This document shows, piece by piece, positions 12,241-25,873 of a DNA stretch of 64,000 nucleotides. Position numbers and translations under genes: made by a program. Source of the DNA: Lingula anatina (taxonomy: Eukaryota; Animalia; Brachiopoda); the NCBI GenBank assembly GCA_051362555.1, contig CM120640.1, forward strand, positions 26,894,225 to 26,958,224, written 5' to 3'. How positions within the stretch are numbered: position 1 is the first letter of the stretch; each line of letters starts with the position of its first letter. The notes under the pieces were generated by a model. That model saw only the letters and a list, made by a program, of their open reading frames with translations. It was not told where the DNA came from and made no database searches.

Positions 12241-15200
12241 ATACATACATACATTTTTGTACATGTAGCTGACTGATGATGGAAACAAAGATACAACTTT
12301 AGTGATTATCAAGAACGTTCAGGACACCATCTTCCCACCTCAAGAGAATTCCCTCAGACCAATAGTAAAAGTAGACCAAACATCATTTTCCAAGTAATCA
12401 CAAGCCGAGTGTATATGGAGTTTAAGACTAATACCTCATTAGTGTGACATTAAACATACATGTATGCCTCTGAGCTTATCTTAATTTGTCAATCTTAAAA
12501 CACTGGTAGGGCTTTTGTTTTTATTTGATGCCAACCAGACAAACTTTAGACAGTGCTGTCTGCAGAGAAAATAAATAGTGACTTCTGTATTGATTTTTCT
12601 CTAGATGTATATAGACCAATGCCTCTAGTCTACAAAGGCTTTAAGGCTGATGCGCTTTATTAGATATACATCAAAGAATGTTGAAACAAGGGATTTTATA
12701 TAAGTGAAAAATACAGTATTATTACAGAATGACAAGATTGATAAACTCTTATGTTAGGTCAATTTCAGCTTATCATAGTGCATCAAAATTAAAGAAAAAG
12801 GCTAGATATACTCAATACTATAGCATTTATTTCTTGCATTTTACCCAACACTTTGAAATGCAGAGTTATAAAGACCTGTAGCTGTTATATTGGCAAGGTT
12901 AAGCTCAGCAGGCAGATATATATGTATGATGTATTGTGTCAGTAGCCTACCAATACTTTTACCTGTACATACAGTACACCTGTGCTCTGAACATGCAAAA
13001 TATGTCTGGTTACCACTATATACCAAGTATAAATTAGATTAGTCTGATGGAGCCACAGATGTATATCTAATAGATCCAGCATTAGATTTAGCATTAACAG
13101 AGAGCTATTCCTTTACTAAGATATAAATGTCAGTAAGAAAGCAAACTTTTAAGTATGGTTGTTAGTGCAGCTAGGTTTTACATCTGGGTCAATATATGCT
13201 ATTGAGTAATTTGGGAAATGACCTAGAAAGAGGGAAGAGTATGGAGCGTTTAACCCTAAACCAATTAGAATGTCTGAACCCCTATATGTGGCATCTTTTA
13301 TATTGGATGTTTGCTATAGCTTATAAACCAATGCAGGCTAAAATTCCTCCTTTTATAACAAAGATTATGCCTGCAATATAAAATGCAATGGGTTTCTCAG
13401 CATGTTTATGTTGCCAAATACAGGTTGATAATTGAATTTACAACCATATCCATTAGCTTCTTCAACTTCTAGATAATAACTTCAATATTCAATTTCAAAA
13501 TATGAAGTATTTTTCCTTTTTTGCAGACACATGAATCAGCAATTAACTCCACAAGTACCAAGATATACAGGTGCTCTATTTCATCTTCGTAATTGTGGTT
13601 TAAAGAATAGGTGCAGTTGCATGCTACAAAAATGCAGCAGTTAAGCGATGAAGGGCATTGTGTAGTAAAAATGATGGGAATTTTTTACTGGTGCCAAGTG
13701 CATGCTGTAATTTAAATGAATAGATTTATGGTTGATACCTTTTGGCACGGTATGCATATTGTGTATAATATGAATGCTGTGAACACTTTAAAAACATTTT
13801 ATTGTGAAGATTTTTTTTTTTACCTGTAAGAATTTGAGTTATTGAAATATTCAGTCTTTCAAAAGATCCACAGTCACCAGTTTAGTTTAACAACAAGTAA
13901 ATTGTTATGTTTCTGTATCATGAAGCATTTCAGTAAGATAACCTTACTGTGTATGATCCAAAAAGACTACTGTACTTATCTCATTACAGAAACAGACTTA
14001 AATGCATACAAAATGTATCTTAATTCAGTAGTAGTCTGCATAGTTTGCTGTCTTGGCTACATGCTGCAGTATGATTGACCAGTAGACTGCCAAATTGACT
14101 GCCCTCAAGTTGACATTTGATAAAGAGAAACCTTGGTGTTGTATCAATCACTGACATCTGGATAACCTTAGTCTCCTGTAGTGCCTGTTCATAGGTAAGG
14201 TATAAAATTGCTAAGAGGTAAAGGGATTAAACTTGGTATTGGCACTTCCTTCTTACTTAATAAACTACGTGTATTACATAACCTTGCTGATGGAGACTAC
14301 TAGTTATGGTTCTCAATCTGACATGCGTATATGATATTAGTTTTTTTAGTAGCATCCAGATTTTTTGTACCGGCAAGCGTACATTATCATGATAATAGCT
14401 ATGGATCGGATTTGCCCTCTTTACATAGGGTTTCTTACTTTTAATGTAGCAAAAAAAAAAGTTTGTTGAAAAAGGGTCTTAGTCTGTTTGCATTCTGGTG
14501 TACCCTATATTTTAATGACATTTAAGTTAAACATGTGCCTCTGGTGCTATGAACTCTGGATGGTTGGGATACCTGTTCATGTTCTAGTATCAACACTGGC
14601 ACAGCTGGCTAGAAGGGGGCAATAAACTGAAACTCTCACATAAACCATTAGGAGATGGTGGTTGTTCAATATATTGTACTAGATCTTAGTGCAAGCAACT
14701 ATCACCATGGATAACATTCTAAACACTGATGTACTCTAATCTATCAAGGAGGTTAATAACAATAACATGTTCTGCCTAATACAAACTTTCTGCTGCAACT
14801 GCAATGGGAATGCATATTAATGCAGAGGTGCAAAGTTTAACCATGTTATTTATGTACAATAAATAGGTAAATGCAGTGTGTTAGTAATGGTTGTCATTTA
14901 CTGAAGGTTTATCCTATAATGTCTATAATTAAAATTGGTATTTACCAATGGTAACATCATAATGAAGGTTTATCTGTCACCTGTTCATCCCAATGATATA
15001 TATACATGTAACATGGTCCAATAATTCTAAATGACCTTTGCCTGGTTTTGTATTTTCCTGCTGCTGGGTATCTGCTACCAAAATTTATATTCCTTTTGGA
15101 ATGATAAAGAGAAGTTAAATTTGCCTCAAAAAAGAAAGACTGAGTGTGAAGTTTAGACTGAGTACCATTAACTTTGATAATTTTATGATAAATTTTAGTA

Positions 15201-15274
15201 TGCTAGTATGTGATTTAGTTAATGATATAATTATCATTTCATCAGTGGATATCGGTTATTCAACTGTAAAGAAT

Positions 15275-15336
15275 AGAAAAACAGTTTTAATCATTAATTG
15301 GCACTTAGAAAAACAGTTTTAATCATTAATTGGCAT
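15275..15336. repeat. Tandem duplication of a ~32-bp unit
   Basis: AGAAAAACAGTTTTAATCATTAATTGGCA occurs twice in tandem. Confidence 0.9.
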
Positions 15337-16110
15337 CTTTAACAAGCAAGTGATTTATTTATTAATGTTTCCCCCTCATGTTTGTCCTCATTTCAACTGG
15401 AAAGAGAGTTGTTTACTATGAATGATACTGTTGGTACATGTAAACACAACACATAAAGAATGCACCCAGTACCAAAGGTCAAATTAATGATATTACAGCA
15501 GTTTGATTTAAGTCGTAGTAATTGATTTTTCTAACCATTCGAGGAAGCATTGCCTTCATCTGGAGCCTACCTTTAGAGGCATTTCTACTACAGTTGTTAA
15601 TTATAGGGGAGATTTGGAGATTAACTGTTGAATGTTATTGTCTGTTTGGTTATTATTAGTTGGTACAGGTGACATCAGTGAGCAATAAGAATTGATATTC
15701 AGGTAGGCAGCTGTACCCGATTCCAGAAAATAGAAGGGGCATGTGTTATGTTAAACTCTACAAAAGCACATGATGTTTGTAGCTGTGTTTGTATTATATT
15801 TATTTCGTCTTTGATTTCAGATACATGCCACCACCAAGAGTAATCCGTGAATACACTGCATGTGTTCTGGGCCATGTGCCACAAACTTCCTGAACTGTTG
15901 ACCTCCTAGGTCAGGATCAGCTACTCTGGACCGGGTGTGGTGCCAGTGAGGATGGACCTCACCCCAGGAGACCACAAACACAGTCAGACCCAGGAAGAGA
16001 ATCAGGATCATAGCACAGTTACTATATGAACCTGGTGCATAGGCAAAGTTTATATTTAAATGATTGAAAAAGATCCGTTGGCCTTTCTATCCAATGTCAT
16101 TGACCACAGG

Positions 16111-19100
16111 ATGGCATTCGACGAGGACGAACCAGATCATGATTTGCCAGACAAGAGTGTCGCAAAGGAGTTTTATGCTCGTTATGAACCCAAGGAAATC
16201 CTTGGAAGGTATGTTTTGGATTGGAATGCTGCACATGTCGACAGGGACAGATGATTTGAGAACTTAAACAAAAATTAGAAAAGCACAATTAGATAGTGCA
16301 GACCTATGCCAAGGCAGTTCAATTCTCGTTGTTATTTATTTATTATCATTAATTTATGCGTCAAAACCAAAATTGGTTATTGATTCAAAGTTAGTCAATA
16401 TCTGATCCATCTGTAACGTATTGAGTTAGGGTGTTAACAAACCAACAAAGGCAAAAAGCATAACCTCGATGGAGGTCATAAACCTTAAAACTCTAGTTAT
16501 CAAAAAAATATCCATACAGTTAATTTCAGTCTGTTCAGAAAAGCTGAGCTAATATTTTAATGGAATATTCACCTTTTTTTAATATATTTTTTCTGATATG
16601 CTAGAATGCAGAGCTTTACTTTTACCCGTAATATGGTTTCTCTTGGTTTTTGGTATTCTTACCTTGACATGCATATGATAAAGCTGAGATTTATACATGT
16701 ATGGATCCAAGTCTCTGTATCCAGACAATGAAAATCAGTATGATAAACCACTTTCTGTAAAGAAATTCTGGATTAAGCCTCACTTAGCACCAAGATAATG
16801 TGCGGGAGCACCTAGTGCTGTAGGCTTACAGCTGTTAAGAATCCAATATAAGAGCAGCTGTATTAAGAGATAAAAAGTCACTTTTCAGATAAATGGTAAC
16901 CAAGGACAAACCATAGCATTACTTAGGAAAAAGGGTTGTGACAGTGTACAACAGTTTTGATCCAATTTTTTTCAGCTATGTTTCTGACCACGTTTTTTCA
17001 ATAAATGTTAAGGGCTTTGTTTACTAGCCATCATGCTGGGTCTCTAGAGTCAGGCGTACACAAATGAAAGCCTGTCAATCCAAAAAGATATTTTTAGGCA
17101 CAATGCAATGATAAGTAGCCATTAATTCCCAGGCAGGTAAACAAAGGAATCATTCTTGGACTAGTGGACATCATTTAATAGAGCCCCTCAAAACAAGTAA
17201 ACACTGTAGGTACATGATTACAGGCCACTTATTACATCACTCAGCAAACAAACATGTAAATAAACAGGTGGTGGTTATCCTGCTAAGAAATCATTTGAAA
17301 ACAAACCTACGATAATGGGCTATGTATGACCTTGAGGGGCATTTCAGCTGGCCCTGAGAATGGACACAAACGATTAATGTCCAAAACACCCTGATTTGTC
17401 CAGACATTAATCTGAATGAATGGGATATAAACTGGGCTAAACATTCATTTTGTTACCATTATAAGGACGCGTTGACACACCTCCAAGTTTATTGTCCAAT
17501 CAAAATACAGCATTTAGGCCCAACCCTCAAAGCATCCTTCTGTTTATAAACTTCTTCAGGTTCCCTGCATGAAAGTTTTAAGCAGAGACTAGTTGAACAA
17601 TTAGAAAATACAATGTGTTATGCTTGTGGTAAAGTGGAATCTACGTAAGTTGATATAGCTTGAATTAAGATGTAAGCAAGGGGATTTTGTCACCATTTAA
17701 CCTGTGATTCAGTAACGTTTTGCTGTTTCTGCTTTGGAATATTAAATGAAATATGTAAAAAAGATGTACCTAGACTACACATAAATCTGGCTGAGTTTTT
17801 TCTTGAGTAAGTTTACAACAAAGCTGAGATAGTTGCTAGAGACCATGTCCCTAGAACTTTAAAGAAAAAAGAAGTCCCTGCCAATCTTAAACACTGTGAT
17901 ATCAGACCAAATTGTTTCCTTAACTACAACAACTAGTGATTCAAACACATTTATATAAGAATTATTATTTTCAGTATTTATCAGTGTAAGAAACTAAAAA
18001 TGTACATAAATTGCACTTGATAAATAGAAATAGAACCTGTAAATCATTTTTTAAATTAAGAATTTACCAAGAAAACTGTACGTTATGGGAAATGTAAGAA
18101 GTTAATTTTGTTTAAATCAAGTGGGCACTAGCCATGTTTGTTTTCTTTATTTCAGGGGGGTCAGCAGTACGGTGAGAAGAGTGAAAGAGAAATCAACTGG
18201 TAGAGAATTTGCTGCAAAGATTATAGACATAAGCTGTGAAAAGTCTACAGACCATCAGGCAGAAGAATTAAAATCTGCAACAAAGAAAGAAATCAACATT
18301 CTGCGCATGTGTGCGGGCCACCCACATATAAGTAAGCTTTATTTAATCATTCATAGGAAGAGGTGTGAGACAAAGTGGATAATTAATTTTTTATACCTAA
18401 AGAGAGAATAATGGAAAAATATAGTTTTCATTCACATACATAGCAATTTGGGGGAGGAGTGGGCGTGGACAGTTATTCTTTTAAACACATGAAAAAATCT
18501 AATGGTTTAAGTTTTGTTAATTTATCATTAGTACAACAGACACATGGGAAGACCACTTAAATTTTCCATTGATGAATAATGAACAAGGATATAATGTGCT
18601 CCCCCCCCCCCTCCCTCCAGCAGCTGTTCTCTCATGTATATTACATAGCAGAGTGGTATGCATTCACTTATAGGGATAACTTCAGCACTTCCTAGATATA
18701 AAATATCCTGTTATCTGGTGTAACCTCTTTGGTATCTGTATATAATATATGCCTGCATGTACTAGTATGTGTTACCTGGCAAACCATTGGCACAAGTATC
18801 CTGTATAGAAGTCACCTTGAATGGGTCAATAAACCCCTTATTCTGACCAGTGTGAATATGGTGAAGCATTGTTTTACATCCATGTCGCTGTATGGAGAGC
18901 TCACATCTGTTAATGTGAAGAAATTAATATCTGAATCATTGCCCGGGGATTATTTTAGTGAATTACACTGTGGTATTATTTTCATCAGCTGTGAAAGTTA
19001 TTTTTTAAGACAATTTGTAGGACTTATATCATATTGTGCATTACCTCTTTTGAAAAAATAACCCCAAAAAATGTCCTTTATTATGATTTGATTATCTTTA

Positions 19101-22100
19101 GTATACTGTGTTAAAGTGAAGCAAGACTGTTGGGAGTGTAGGAGGATGGAAACTAAAAATGAGTCATCTCTCTCTCTGTTTTGCCTGACTGCTATGTTCA
19201 CTTAACCAGACCTGCCCACATAACACTTAGTATTTAAGATATCCTTTCTCTATCTCAACAAGTCCTGTATCAAACTGCACAAAACCACACTCTACTAGTT
19301 GTTATAAATAGTTTTCCCTGTAACACATTTATAATGTGGAAATGATTCTTGCCTACGATACATTTACACCCCCATATTCTGATGAAGGTGACTTTGACAT
19401 TGTATTATAATTTCTGTGGCAAAAAGGGGTAGATCATATAGTGGTAAATGTAGAATTAAGCCTGTGCTGGTTTGGTAATGGGGCATCAGTACTTGTTTTG
19501 GAACCGGTCCAAATGGGGATGGTTTGAACACTAAAGGATGTATGGAACTTTAGTAGTCAGAGCTTTTGTACAAGGAAATGACAAAATAATAAAATTCTAC
19601 AATATGCAGTTTTCCTTCTCAGAAATAATTAAGGATGTAATTCAATTACCTTGAAGACTGAAAATCAATATATTATTATTATAATTATTATTTTAATTAC
19701 TTTTGCAGTTGAACTCCATGATGTTTTTGAGTCTCCTACCTTCATCTTCTTGGTATTTGAAATGTAAGTTTTTAAAAACATTATTATTATTATTTGGTAA
19801 TTTAAACAAAATTATGCCTTGGCCTTGTAATGGTATATGATATATACCCTGTAAAAGATATGATCCCTGTGTTGACACAACACCCAGTTGTGGTTGCTTT
19901 TGCATTGTTTTATATATGACTTTATCATGGTTAGAACCACACAGGATATCAGGTAGTGTAGTTTATTATATATATATATATATATATTTGTGAAAAGGTT
20001 ATGATAGTCATTCTTCTAATTTTAGATGCAAGAAAGGAGAGTTATTTGACTACCTTAATCAGGTAGTCACATTGTCAGAAAAAAGAACAAGGTATTTATC
20101 CATTTTTCTATGGGAAATTACTATTTTTTTTAATTTAAGTTATTAATTTATTTTATATTTTAGACCTCTTTGTGGCTTTGATGTTATTTTTTATGTAGCA
20201 AGAAACGTCTTATTTTGAAATGTTGTAAGCACTGCATCATATAGATTGTTATATCATTTTAACCAAATAGACATGTTCAAAGAAACAAAAAAAGTTCATT
20301 TGTCTTAATTTGAAATTTAGAATAGTGTTATTTTCCATTTCAGAATCGTCATGAAACAGTTGCTTGATGCTGTAGAGTTTATACACGACAAGAATATTGT
20401 TCATAGGGACCTCAAGGTATTTATTGTCTGACATCAGCGTAGGAAAAGTGTTTTATAGTGCTTTGCTTAGATATTTTCCATATTATGATTGTTTGTAAAT
20501 TAATTTCCAAAACAAACCCTACTTCAGATATTTTCATTTTTCTTCAACATAAACGTAAATATATTATATTATTCTGTTTCAGCCAGAAAATATCCTCTTA
20601 GATGATAATATGAATGTGAAGTTGTCAGATTTTGGTTTTGCCACAGTTGTTAGTAATGACAATGAACTCTTTGGTAAGTAATTAAAATGTTGGTCCAACT
20701 GCAATTCTTACAATATTTATTAATTTAATTTTGTCATTATAATTTGAATAAGTAGGAAAAGTCAAGTTCATATTGAGCATTAAAATGCTTTTAAAATTTT
20801 AGTAAATATAATTCAATTAATATTGAGTCAAATTGAAAAAAGAAAAGCTTACAGATTTTTTTGTGAGAATAATAAGTAAACTGCTAACATCTGGGGCAGA
20901 GGTACCTCTCAGGTACCCCTTTAAGATATTAGTCTTCTTTAATTTAGCATTGTGGAGCATGTAATTGGCATTACTTGCCTGTGTCCTCTAATCATCATCA
21001 CTTTATAGTGCCACTTAGGAGATGTCTTTATACGTTGTGAAATTACATGTCAATTAAACATTTCACTTGTGTTTGTTCTCGACACTTAGATTTGTGTCAT
21101 TAACGAATGATCTGCACTTTTGACTAAGAGTCAACCATCTCCTTTACCAAAAACAGAATTTATGTACATGAATCATTTGCTTTTGTCATGCATAAGATGT
21201 GCCCACTGTCATTTCCTCTAACTGATAAGACAAGTCCTGTAGGAAGTGTATAGGATGCCCTGGCTATCCATAGAAGATGACAAATGAATACTGGTTTTTA
21301 AAGGACACCTTCTTTTGATTAAGATGTCAGACCACAGCCAAATGCTGTAAGTGGCAATAGATACCGACTAAAACATACCCTCATACCTCATATTAGAAAG
21401 TTGATAGCCTTTGATGGTATATATATATATATTATTTCTGAATGGTTTGTAGATTTATGTGGCACCCCAGGGTATCTTGCGCCTGAAGTCCTGAAAGTGT
21501 CCATGTTTGAAGATGTGTCAGGATATGGCAAACCAGCTGACATGTGAGTAGATGTTATCCCATATGGAAATGATCATCTTTAAGTCAACTCATTGTTTCA
21601 TAAGTCAGAAACTGCATTGTGTAATTTATGGATTATGCAGATAGCAGACACCCTTTTTTATTTTTTAAATTAATTAATTATTTATTATTGTTATTTTAAT
21701 TATTTCTCACTGAAATCCAACAATAAGTTGAGAAAAGTGATTTGGGTCCTTGTCAGAAAGAACATTTTGTAATTAAAACCTGTAACTTGAAATGCAGAAT
21801 CTTGAAATTTCAAATAAATAAGCTGTTAGAATATTTTTTATTCCTCTATTGCTTTATTGCTTGTTATGATACCATGACAAAGCTAGAGAAAATCCAAACA
21901 GCAGTACTGTTTTTCACATATTTGTGCAAATGCTGGTCAAGTTCTTTTAAATATATATTATTCAGCTTTTTGTTTCAAATGTGTTTAATCAATATATTAT
22001 TTAATATATATCTGTCTTTCAGGTGGGCCTGTGGTGTTATCATGTATACTCTGTAAGTATCATTTGATATATGTATTCTGGATGCAGGCATGGTACTTAA

Positions 22101-25100
22101 TTATAATAATAATAGTTTGTTAAGTGATGATTTGAGGATTGAGGCTATAATTTAGCTTCTTATCAGATTAGATATGAAATGCCCTAAAGTGGAACTCGTG
22201 AAGTTTTTATGACATATTTATCATTGTGTCTGCTTATGATAAGAAAGGTAACAATAAAAAAGGATGATTCATTCTATTGTAGAGCGGTAATAATCATTTA
22301 GAAAAAGAATATTTCAGTTAAAATGAAATACATAAAAGATAAAATTTTAGATTGACAAAATAAGATTTTACTCAAATTTTGATTCATAAACGTAACATTG
22401 CCTAAAGTTTGTCTGCTGTCAAAAGTTTTATGATTAAACAATTACCTATTTCATTTGCCAGTTTATAAAAGTAAAAGGGTCATTCTACAGTTATTTTTCA
22501 TTCCGTCATAATTTTCCCCATCCTGAATTTGTTATCATTTAGGTAAAGTGAGGGGGAGAAATGATGTACAGTTATACCTATGATAAACTGCTTAAATTTT
22601 TTATGGATAGTAGTGGCTAGTAGTGGTTTTACGTGGCAAAAAAAGGTTTTTGGTATGAAAATACTTTGGAATCACTCCTAGAATTAGTATATTATTGCTG
22701 TATAGCTTGGTCTTGTATTCATTTCATTTTCATCTAAAATTTATTTTCAGACTGGTAGGATGCCCTCCTTTTTGGCATAGGAAGCAAATGTATATGTTGC
22801 GCGCTATTATGGATGGAAACTACAAGTTTAGTAGTCCTGAGTGGGATGATATTAGTGAAGTTGCAAAGGACCTGGTATGTATAAATGGCACATTTAGGAG
22901 AAACTTTCTTCACCTTTGTGTGTGAAAAGCCCTTGTTCATAAGTGATGTATCAGCTGGCCAACATTTGCTATGGTATTTGAATAAAAAAGAGGGAAATTT
23001 TAAAAATCAAATCAAATAGTAGAAACATGGTTATGATATCATGTGCTATACCTAAATAATCAGGGGAATTTTCATTTACATATATCTTGTATGCCTCTCT
23101 CCATTTAACTTAAGAGTTGGGCATTTATGCCAGGTTGTATATCACTTATGACTAAAGCTTAATTCAAATCAGCCGTATTTACTGTTAACGTTGTGCTTCG
23201 TTCTGCAGCTGAGTTGCAGTAGGTTGCTTCTCTTCTGTGAAAATGAAAGCTTTTTCCTAATGATTTGTACAGTGCCTTGGCATTTGTGGTTTAAGCTGTG
23301 TTTGTTTCTTTTATTATAGTGAGTGTTGTAAAATTGCTATTTTTATGCAAGTTAACACAGTTTTGAAAATTACTTTGAAAGATCTTGTTTCATGCTCTAG
23401 TATATATTAACAGTTTGCACTGAAGTACCCAGTCTTTAGTTCTTCATTTCTCCCTTCTATTTGTTTATTTGAGTTTTATTTGCTTGTAAGTGAAGATAGA
23501 GTTTTTTTTTTTAATCCCCTTATTAAAAACCCATATGAATGTAGACACAGATGGAATGCTTCTGCATATTCTTTTGAAATTGAAGTGTATGTCATTCACA
23601 GAGACATGCGACTGACAAGTTTTCAGTTTTTAGAAAGACATCCACCCAAACCCATATTCACTTAAGACTTTCCAATCCTAACCAAAAATGACATTTCTTC
23701 TAGGTCTCTAGGATGTTAGTAACCGACCCTAAACAAAGGCTCTCTGCCACACAATCACTTGCGCACAATTTTTTTACTGACGACAATGCCAACCAGGAGG
23801 TGAGAGGTGGTCGGAGGCATGCCACGGCAGATATATATATAGAGATATATATATATACTAGTACCACACTTATTTTCTACTAACTTCACTCATCTAAAGA
23901 ACTTGTCTCACTTTGGAGACTGGTGGTTAGTTGAGTGATGTATATAATCCCTGCTTTAGAATATAGTTGGGAATGCTATGGGGCAGGACAACGTATATGG
24001 AATCAATTCAAATAGCTAGTAGCAGTTCAGATCTATTACCACATATTTATCTTATAGAAATTAAAATTCAGGAATTTTTTTTCTCCAATTACTAACTCTT
24101 TTTAGAACCTACATTGCCCATTTGGGACGTGCATACATATTTATGACTTTTTCCAATGTATAGAGAGGTAACATGGGTGCTCTTAGTTTCCAGTCAGTTA
24201 ATTGAACAGCAACTCTCAGCAAAACTTTTGTTTAAAAAAAAATCAATCAACAACTTGATTGCATTTTGATTCTTGTCAGTAATCCAATCTACTTACTAAA
24301 TGACTGTATTTTGCAACATTGTGTCTAGCTGAATCTTTGCTTACCCCACTGCTTATGATGCATTGTTATAATTTTTTTCTATATATGCTATCTTCCTTTT
24401 CATTTTTATTCCTTTCAGGAATGTGTTTACTAATTATAGTTCTCCATTAATATAGTTAACCTAACAGTTTCTTCACACCAGTTTTAACTTGAACCCTTTT
24501 AGTTTTCAGTCTGGCTGTGAGATGATAAGATGAAGCAATAAAAAGGTTATTTCTTAGTTTCTTTCTTTTGAGGTCAGGCTCAAACCACAAATTTACCAGC
24601 GATAAGTCATTTTGCTTGCTAGGGACCATATATATAAAACTGAAATGCTTCAAGTTAAAGTTGATGTGAACAGACAAAAAATTGCATTCTCACCTGGGTC
24701 CTAGGGCTGGTTAAAGAAGACTTTCCCCAAGTGCTTTGTAGCTTGATCTATGTGAATGCAGTAGATGTGCTCTCAATGCAGAGTCTGATTGTGATGGCTT
24801 AGCAATGCAATCTGATTGTGATGATTTATGGGGCATTGAGCTTTGGGCAGTGAAATGTATTCTGCCTGCTTTGATGCTGTGCCGTGTCTAAATCTCTTGT
24901 ATTGACATGTGGATAGTTGATGTGGATAAATTTTGAAAGTGAACCATTCTTAGTAAAATTCAATTCTTTTTCTTACCTGATATTTGTCTTTATTTACAAT
25001 TATAGTCTTAGTTAAAATTCAAACAAATTTTGGGTCAACTTTTGTAGACACTTTTGACTAAGTAAAATTGATGCCTTTATTATTTTAGATTTCAAAGCTG

Positions 25101-25873
25101 CTAGTGGTTGACCCCTCTAATAGACTGACATCCAAAGAAGTCTTAGCACATGAATTCTTCAGTAGAACGGTAAGAAATTTGTTTGATAACAAATTAATAC
25201 ACAATTGTATATTAAATTAATTACACAAAACACTGAAACTCTAAGGTGCCACGACATTTCTATAAAAGACATTGCAGTATTTCTTCTTGAACTAAGATTA
25301 TAACACTGCAGCTTAAAGTTGAAGTGATAATGACATCTGTTTTAGTATATCAATTATGGTTGTTCATTTTTGTCCTTTGTTTTCAGATTCTAGAAAAGAA
25401 AACATTTTATCCTTTGAGAGTATTCAGGGTAAGTTTTATCAAAGCTTTTGTTCCATATATATAAATATACTCAAACACCTGATATTGATTTTTAAAAATG
25501 ATAAATTAAGTGTATACCTAAGGATTTATTATGAATACTGTAAATGGGCCCTTTTTTCCTTTTAACTCTTGGACATTTGAATTAAAAATTATCAGAGGTT
25601 TGTTTTTATCCCTTCTTACATTAGGCTGCAGGTATGGCAGTAAAAGCACTTATACGTTTGAAAAGACTGCGCACACATCCACCACCCATCAACTTAGAGA
25701 CTGTATGCAATGATCCCTATGCCATAAAAGCATTCAGGAAAATCATAGATGGCGGTGCTTTTAAAATCTATGGACATTGGGTGAAACGAGGAGAGGAGCA
25801 GAACAGAGCAGCGCTGTTTGAGATCACACCTAAAAGGGACTTGAAAAATAGTATGTCAATAGAGAAGAGGTGA
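16111..25873 (+). CDS. PHKG: Phosphorylase b kinase gamma catalytic chain
   Basis: Exons 16111-16208, 18156-18331, 19709-19763, 20026-20091, 20344-20416, 20583-20673, 21453-21543, 22023-22052, 22751-22874, [23704-23799 or 25089-25169], 25387-25428, 25625-25873. Motifs [63 protein letters not shown] and [21 protein letters not shown] are characteristic of PHKG. Confidence 0.95.
23704..23799 (+). CDS. PHKG: PHKG alternative exon A (kinase subdomain XI)
   Basis: TTTCTTCTAG acceptor, GAG|GTGAGA donor, phase 0-0, 96 nt: [32 protein letters not shown]; paralogous to exon B. Confidence 0.8.
25089..25169 (+). CDS. PHKG: PHKG alternative exon B (kinase subdomain XI)
   Basis: TATTTTAG acceptor, ACG|GTAAGA donor, phase 0-0, 81 nt: [27 protein letters not shown]. 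Confidence 0.88.

Noticed and set aside
16380-16480. Possible end of a Helentron-like element (AAAAGCATAACCTC..GGAGGT)
   Set aside because: Too short and degenerate to define; no second terminus found.
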